Shown: piece after piece, positions 15,036 through 20,216 of the stretch
Layout of the letters: each line of letters begins with the position of its first letter
Position numbering within the stretch: position 1 is the first letter of the stretch
IMG/VR virus record: IMGVR_UViG_3300025286_000007
DNA length: 20,216 nt
Source: an uncultured virus (IMG/VR IMGVR_UViG_3300025286_000007)
Lineage: Duplodnaviria; Heunggongvirae; Uroviricota; Caudoviricetes
Direction: 5' to 3' (one strand)
Translations under genes and position numbers: made by a program
Notes under the pieces: generated by a model
The model's database searches: none
What the model was told of the DNA's origin: nothing
What the model saw: only the letters and a program-made list of their open reading frames with translations

Positions 15036-15067
15036 AATATATAAGGATTCATTTCTGGAGAATCAAT

Positions 15068-16120
15068 ATGGGTTTAGTTGACATACAACAATATTATAAG
15101 CAACGACTTTTAAAAGAAGTTTCTATTGAAGAGAAGGCTGAACGAGAAGCTCGTGAAGAGGGCTTTGATGATTTCTCTGATGATAAAGCTTCAGGAATGC
15201 GTCGTGCCAGAAAGATTATGGAAGCTATTCAACGCAAAGAATCTTATACTGAGGCTTTAGATGAGAAATTTGAAGAGTCTATTGAAAAAGGAACTTATGC
15301 ACGAAGAGATACAGCGGCTGTAGCTACCGCTATTGCTCAACGACAGGGAGAGACTGATTTTAGCACTGGGAATAAGAAAACTGGTAAAGCGATAGGACGA
15401 GGAGCTAGAGTACGTGATACTATTGCTGCTGCTATAGATGCTAAACATGGGCCGGGAAGTTACCCCGGTACAGCTAATTGGAAATATGATGAAGGAAAAG
15501 ACTCTGGTAAAGGTAAAAAAGAAAAAGCTATACAAAGTATGTTGAAGGCTTTTCCTCCAGAATTAGCTTCTTTAATGTCTGCTGCTGCAGGATGGGCATT
15601 AAGTAGTGATGTTGGTAGAGTAGGTCAAATGACTCCCGAACAAACTAGTGAATGGGAAAGAACCTTATCTGCTGCGGAAAGGAGAAATTTAGAACGAACC
15701 TTAAGAAGTAAAATGCGGAGGAAATCTGCAGATACATCTTTAAATAAAGATGCATTTGAGTCCTTACAGTCTCGTTATGAGGATTCTACAGATACTTATA
15801 TTAAAAGAACTCCTCTAATTAATATGTTAGAGAAAGACCATTCTACTATTCCTCCACGACAGGGTTTACAGTGGGATGCTGTAAAACACAGATGGACACG
15901 ACCTGAAAATATAGGCCATACAGTTATTGAAGTTCAGGGTAAGAAACGTATACGAGGGACAGGTACAGGGGCACACGAGAGAACTGTGGGTGGTCATGGA
16001 TCAGGAAAAGTACGGCGAGTGGAATTTGGACGACGGTTTAAGGGAGCCTCAGATGCCGGTGTCATTAGACCACATGAGAGTAAAGGAACATCTAAGTATA
16101 TAAAGCCGAGAAAGAGGTAA
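15068..16120 (+). CDS. Basic/charged hypothetical protein (350 aa), possibly head-associated
   Basis: ORF track; RBS GGAG; Gly/Arg/His-rich C-terminus. Confidence 0.9.
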   Translation: MGLVDIQQYYKQRLLKEVSIEEKAEREAREEGFDDFSDDKASGMRRARKIMEAIQRKESYTEALDEKFEESIEKGTYARRDTAAVATAIAQRQGETDFSTGNKKTGKAIGRGARVRDTIAAAIDAKHGPGSYPGTANWKYDEGKDSGKGKKEKAIQSMLKAFPPELASLMSAAAGWALSSDVGRVGQMTPEQTSEWERTLSAAERRNLERTLRSKMRRKSADTSLNKDAFESLQSRYEDSTDTYIKRTPLINMLEKDHSTIPPRQGLQWDAVKHRWTRPENIGHTVIEVQGKKRIRGTGTGAHERTVGGHGSGKVRRVEFGRRFKGASDAGVIRPHESKGTSKYIKPRKR

Positions 16121-16130
16121 GGAGGATGTA

Positions 16131-16535
16131 ATGGTTAGAAAAGCCGTAACAACTACAAAGACAGTAAAAAAGAAGATGGCGCAACAGCCTGTAGAAGTTT
16201 TTAATGAAAAACCTATTGAAAAGAATAGCGATATACCTAAACGATATTATATACAGGTTTGGAAAAAGATACAGCCTAGCGATGTTCGTTTCGATGAGGT
16301 TGTTGGTACCCTTTATTGGTCTGATGTTAAACAAGATATCATAATAGAGAGTCTACATAATAATTATTCTTCAGAAATTGAAGATTTGTTGAAAGGAGAT
16401 TTAGCTTTATCTAATGGAGTGTTCGTTTCTCGTAATGAAGCTCCAAAAGAATGGGTTAAGAATGTTCCAAAAGCAGCCTTGGGTTATGGTTTTTATGCTA
16501 CTTCGTATATGGAGATAGTTGATGAAACTGAATAA
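16131..16535 (+). CDS. Hypothetical protein (134 aa)
   Basis: RBS AAGGAGG; start as given in the ORF track, with a possible offset of one base relative to the ATG. Confidence 0.85.
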   Translation: MVRKAVTTTKTVKKKMAQQPVEVFNEKPIEKNSDIPKRYYIQVWKKIQPSDVRFDEVVGTLYWSDVKQDIIIESLHNNYSSEIEDLLKGDLALSNGVFVSRNEAPKEWVKNVPKAALGYGFYATSYMEIVDETE

Positions 16536-17535
16536 TTTTTTTAATAAGTCTAATAAACAAAATAAGTCTAATTCTAAAGTAATTTCGTTTGTTAATGAAA
16601 CTCAAAACAATGCTTGGAGGGCTGAAGTACAAAGATTACAAGATGAATTAGATAGATTAAAGACTGTGGATGAAGAACGATCTCTTTTTAACCAGAGAAT
16701 GCAAGCCGCAGAGATTCAACTTCATGAGACACTGGAACGAGAGATCGTTGGACAAGCGCATAAAACTTTATTAGAGGAGGAAGTTAAACAAGGGGGAGTT
16801 TTAAAAACTAGAAACTACGAGTTGGAAAATGAGTTAAGAGATATTAAAGGACAACTTGGTATCAAAGAAAGTTATTTAGAACAAGCTGCACATAATAATC
16901 TAGAATTAAATAATCGAGTTGGTGTATTAACAGAGCAAGTTGAGGAAAGTTCACAGATAGAAAGAGGTTTAATACGAGGATTGGAAGAAACTATTCAGGG
17001 ATCAGCAGCGAATAAACACGAACTTCAAGAAACTCAGAGCAGGTTTTCGGCAAGTGAAGTAAAATTAAGTGAGGTTACAGAAAATTATGTTAACCTAAAG
17101 ACTGATTACAGTAAACTTAATACGGTTGCGGAATATTGGAGAAGGGTTTCAGAAACCGTGCAAGCTGAAAATGATGATTTAGAACAGACAAGTGCGATAT
17201 TACAACAATTGCAAAAAGATGTTAAAGTGGAAAGAACTCAACAAAAAGGTATAACTAAGATACAAAAAGGTGCAGTAGAAAAACTACAGGGACAATTAAC
17301 TGTTGTGACTGAAGCATTAGAACATTTAACTTTTAAAAATAGGTATTTATTGAGTTTGGTTTCTTCTTTGCGTAAAGAAGCAGCAAAACCTCGATATTTA
17401 TCTATGAGTTCTATAGCTCAGAAGGAAGGATTTAAGATGCCTTTTGGAAAGGACAATATAAGAAAACAATTTTTGGGTACTTCTTCCCCTACATTATTGA
17501 AGTTTAAAGTAAAGGAGGACGGAAATGACAACTAG
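16522..17535 (+). CDS. Long coiled-coil protein (337 aa)
   Basis: ATG 16522 with GGAG 16511-16514; heptad-rich E/Q/L/K sequence over most of its length. Confidence 0.88.
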   Translation: MKLNNFFNKSNKQNKSNSKVISFVNETQNNAWRAEVQRLQDELDRLKTVDEERSLFNQRMQAAEIQLHETLEREIVGQAHKTLLEEEVKQGGVLKTRNYELENELRDIKGQLGIKESYLEQAAHNNLELNNRVGVLTEQVEESSQIERGLIRGLEETIQGSAANKHELQETQSRFSASEVKLSEVTENYVNLKTDYSKLNTVAEYWRRVSETVQAENDDLEQTSAILQQLQKDVKVERTQQKGITKIQKGAVEKLQGQLTVVTEALEHLTFKNRYLLSLVSSLRKEAAKPRYLSMSSIAQKEGFKMPFGKDNIRKQFLGTSSPTLLKFKVKEDGNDN

Positions 17536-17848
17536 ACCGTGGAGACAAGAGATAGAATTGTTACAGAATTATCCAAGACATAAGACATTTACATATACAA
17601 CTAGTAGTTCAAGTGCTGAAACTGCTGTAGATGTTTCAGCGTCAATGGAAGAATGTAACAAAGTATCTTTTATTGTGGAAACAGCGGATGCTTACATCGA
17701 ATTTGATGGAGATGCTACAACATCATCTATGTTAATTCCTGCTAACGAAGGGTATTTTGATGATTCTGTTTATGTAGGATCAAAAATAAGTATTATTCGT
17801 TCTGGTAGTACGAATGCTCGAATTCGAGGAATTATTTGGGGGAGGTAA
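17525..17848 (+). CDS. Small beta-rich putative virion structural protein (107 aa)
   Basis: RBS AGGAGG; T/S-rich beta-strand pattern; immediately precedes the fibre gene. Confidence 0.85.
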   Translation: MTTRPWRQEIELLQNYPRHKTFTYTTSSSSAETAVDVSASMEECNKVSFIVETADAYIEFDGDATTSSMLIPANEGYFDDSVYVGSKISIIRSGSTNARIRGIIWGR

Positions 17849-17852
17849 CTAA

Positions 17853-20216
17853 ATGCCTATTACTGGGTTAGACCGAATGCCGGGTTCTGGCTTAGCTCGT
17901 GGAACCCTATTTGATAAAGAATTAAATACTCCTGCCATCGAAGTTATAACTGCAACCGTTACTGGTTCTATTGTTCTTGAGAAGGATGGCGAGAATAGCT
18001 ATACGATTGCTTGGACACAACCAAGTGGTGCGGATAGAATTTTGTCTATTCCAGCATTAGGTGCTGCTGATACATTTGTCTTTCTTACAGCTACTCAAAC
18101 GATAACTAATAAAGCATTTACAGGCGTAACCGACTTTGATATGACCTCTGGTGATAAAACTATTTTAGATACTATTGGTTCTAATAGTCTTACAATAGGT
18201 GCTGGCGGTACAACTGTTATTATTGCCGGCAATCTAACTGTTTCAGGAACAACTACGACTGTTAATACGACAACCTTAAATATAGCTGATTCGCTGTATG
18301 CACTAAATACGGACGAAACTGGAACTCCATCACAAGATGCTGGGTTTGTGGTTGAAAGAGGTACGTCAGCTAATGTCGGTTTTATGTGGGATGAATCAGC
18401 AGATGAATTTGTTATTATAAATACCGCTGAGACAGGATCAACTGCAGGTAACGTTACTATTTCCAGCTATGCAAATTTTCAAGCTGCTAATATAGCAGGA
18501 ACTTTAACTACGGCGGCACAAGGAAATGTGACTTCTCTGGGAACCTTGACAGCCCTTACCGTTGATGATGTTAGTGTGGATGGTAAAGTAGTAACTATGA
18601 CAGGTTCTTCTGGAGATACTGCGGTATTTACAGTTGGGACTAATGGAACTCTTTCTATAGTCACTACGGACACAGCCGCAGCCGCAGCTAATTTACAGAT
18701 AACTGCTGATGGAACAGTTGACATAGATTCTGTAGGAGTCTTAACTCTTGATTCTGGTGCCGCAATAAATCTAGAGCCGGCAGCAGGATCAGCTATCTTA
18801 TTGGACGGTACTATAAGTGTAGATGCTGGAGTAATTACTGGAGCAACTTCTATTACATCTACAGCATTTGTTGGAACGTTATCAACCGCAGCGCAGGGAA
18901 ATGTAACTTCTCTTGGAACGCTGACAACTCTTACTATCGATAATATTAATATTAATGGGAATACTATTATTAGCACAGACAGTAATGGTGATATTACATT
19001 AACTCCAGATGGAAGTGGTGAAGTAAATATAGCGGCCGGTAATTTAAATTATGCTGGAACCGCCATAACCGCTACTGGAGCAGAGCTTAACTTACTTGAT
19101 GGTGGTACAGTTAGAGGAACGACTGCTGTTGCTAGTGGCGATGGTATTGTGATTAACGATGGTGGCACAATGAATATGACCAACGTAGATACTGTTTCTA
19201 CGTATTTTGCAAGCCATAGCGTTGGCGGTACTAATATTGTCACAACTGGAGCATTAGATGCTGGCTCAATTACTTCAGGATTTGGGGCAATTAATACTGG
19301 GTCTAGCAATATCACCACAACTGGTACAATTACATACGGAAATTTGTCTGACGGGTCTATTTCAGTGACGGCGTGGGTAGATGAAGATGATATGAGTTCT
19401 AATTCAGCTACTCTTATACCTACACAACAGTCTGTAAAAGCCTATGTTGACGGTTCTGCTCAAACTATGGGAGACGGCTTTGTAATTGAAGACGATGATG
19501 GAACAGAAGTTACTATAACTGAAAATAAAGAGATGAAAATAATAGGGTCTGGTGTAACTATTAACTGGACAGATACCAGTACTGGTAGTGATGGTGACCC
19601 CTATGACCTCACAATTACAGTGGATGCAGCCCAAGGTAATATCACCTCGCTGGGTACGCTAACAGCCCTAACCGTTGATGATGTAGTTGTTGACGGCAAA
19701 GTCATTACGATGACAGGTGATACTAGTGATACCGTTGTGTTTACTGCTGGAACGAACGGCACTCTTTCGATAGTCACTACAGATGCAGGAGGAGCCGCTG
19801 GAAACATCCAGATCACTGCTGACGGTACGGCGGAACTAGCTGGGACAACGGTCACGCTGGACTCAGCGGCGGACATTGAACTAGAGGCCACCGATGACAT
19901 CAATGTTCCTTCGGCTGTTGGCCTAACCTTCGCGGACGACGGCCAGAAAATTGAGAGCGATGGCACCGATTTCACGATAGCGTCAGGGGCCAAGTTGAAC
20001 CTGACTGCCACGAGCGATGTGCATGTTGCCAACGGCACGGGCGTTGTGGTCGGTCACACGGCGCAGGTTTCTAGTGGTGGCGGTGGGGACGCTCCAGAGG
20101 TGCAGATTCTGGGCACGGCTGGGCCGGACTCCTCCTTGCAGATAGGCAGGTGGAGTGCCAACGCATCAGGCCCATCGTTGAGGTTCATCAAAAGCCGTGA
20201 CCCAGCAATCGCTGAC
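17853..20216 (+). CDS. Tail-fibre/adhesin-like virion protein, 3'-truncated (at least 788 aa)
   Basis: Missing from the ORF track because there is no stop in the window. ATG 17853, RBS GGAGG 17841-17845. Hand translation MPITGLDRMPG... gives a G/T/S/A-rich protein with TQTITNK, GNLTVSGTTTTVNTTTL and AAQGNVTSLGTLT motifs typical of phage fibres. Confidence 0.88.
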   Translation, partial: MPITGLDRMPGSGLARGTLFDKELNTPAIEVITATVTGSIVLEKDGENSYTIAWTQPSGADRILSIPALGAADTFVFLTATQTITNKAFTGVTDFDMTSGDKTILDTIGSNSLTIGAGGTTVIIAGNLTVSGTTTTVNTTTLNIADSLYALNTDETGTPSQDAGFVVERGTSANVGFMWDESADEFVIINTAETGSTAGNVTISSYANFQAANIAGTLTTAAQGNVTSLGTLTALTVDDVSVDGKVVTMTGSSGDTAVFTVGTNGTLSIVTTDTAAAAANLQITADGTVDIDSVGVLTLDSGAAINLEPAAGSAILLDGTISVDAGVITGATSITSTAFVGTLSTAAQGNVTSLGTLTTLTIDNININGNTIISTDSNGDITLTPDGSGEVNIAAGNLNYAGTAITATGAELNLLDGGTVRGTTAVASGDGIVINDGGTMNMTNVDTVSTYFASHSVGGTNIVTTGALDAGSITSGFGAINTGSSNITTTGTITYGNLSDGSISVTAWVDEDDMSSNSATLIPTQQSVKAYVDGSAQTMGDGFVIEDDDGTEVTITENKEMKIIGSGVTINWTDTSTGSDGDPYDLTITVDAAQGNITSLGTLTALTVDDVVVDGKVITMTGDTSDTVVFTAGTNGTLSIVTTDAGGAAGNIQITADGTAELAGTTVTLDSAADIELEATDDINVPSAVGLTFADDGQKIESDGTDFTIASGAKLNLTATSDVHVANGTGVVVGHTAQVSSGGGGDAPEVQILGTAGPDSSLQIGRWSANASGPSLRFIKSRDPAIAD

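Noticed and set aside
7782..15535. Many minus-strand and off-frame ORFs inside the giant gene and ORF 15068
   Set aside because: Shadow ORFs fully overlapping long, RBS-supported plus-strand genes.
18479..20038. Minus-strand ORFs 18479-18976, 19049-19318, 19404-19634 and 19601-20038
   Set aside because: Antisense shadows of the plus-strand fibre gene that starts at 17853.

Overview
The window looks like part of a large tailed-phage genome; no rRNA, tRNA, integrase or CRISPR array was seen. It has four zones. (1) 1-4360 is an early/host-takeover-like region of small ORFs, most with their own near-consensus sigma70 promoter. Between about 2020 and 4360 it is built from repeated modules containing a TGATAA/TTATCA palindromic site, a GGAA purine tract and three copies of a covarying 27-nt H-type pseudoknot at the 3' ends of minus-strand genes. 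(2) 4400-5330 is an AT-rich minus-strand operon of small proteins. (3) 5340-7150 is a non-coding, CTAG-rich, strand-skewed region with six GTTTCAAGTC-type motifs spaced 277-280 bp apart, followed by an AT-rich tract (origin or terminus candidate). (4) 7153-end is a plus-strand, probably virion, gene cluster: a ~2400-aa charged protein, several hypothetical or coiled-coil proteins, and a tail-fibre-like gene that runs off the window and is absent from the ORF track. Product calls come from motif reading only; no database searches were run.
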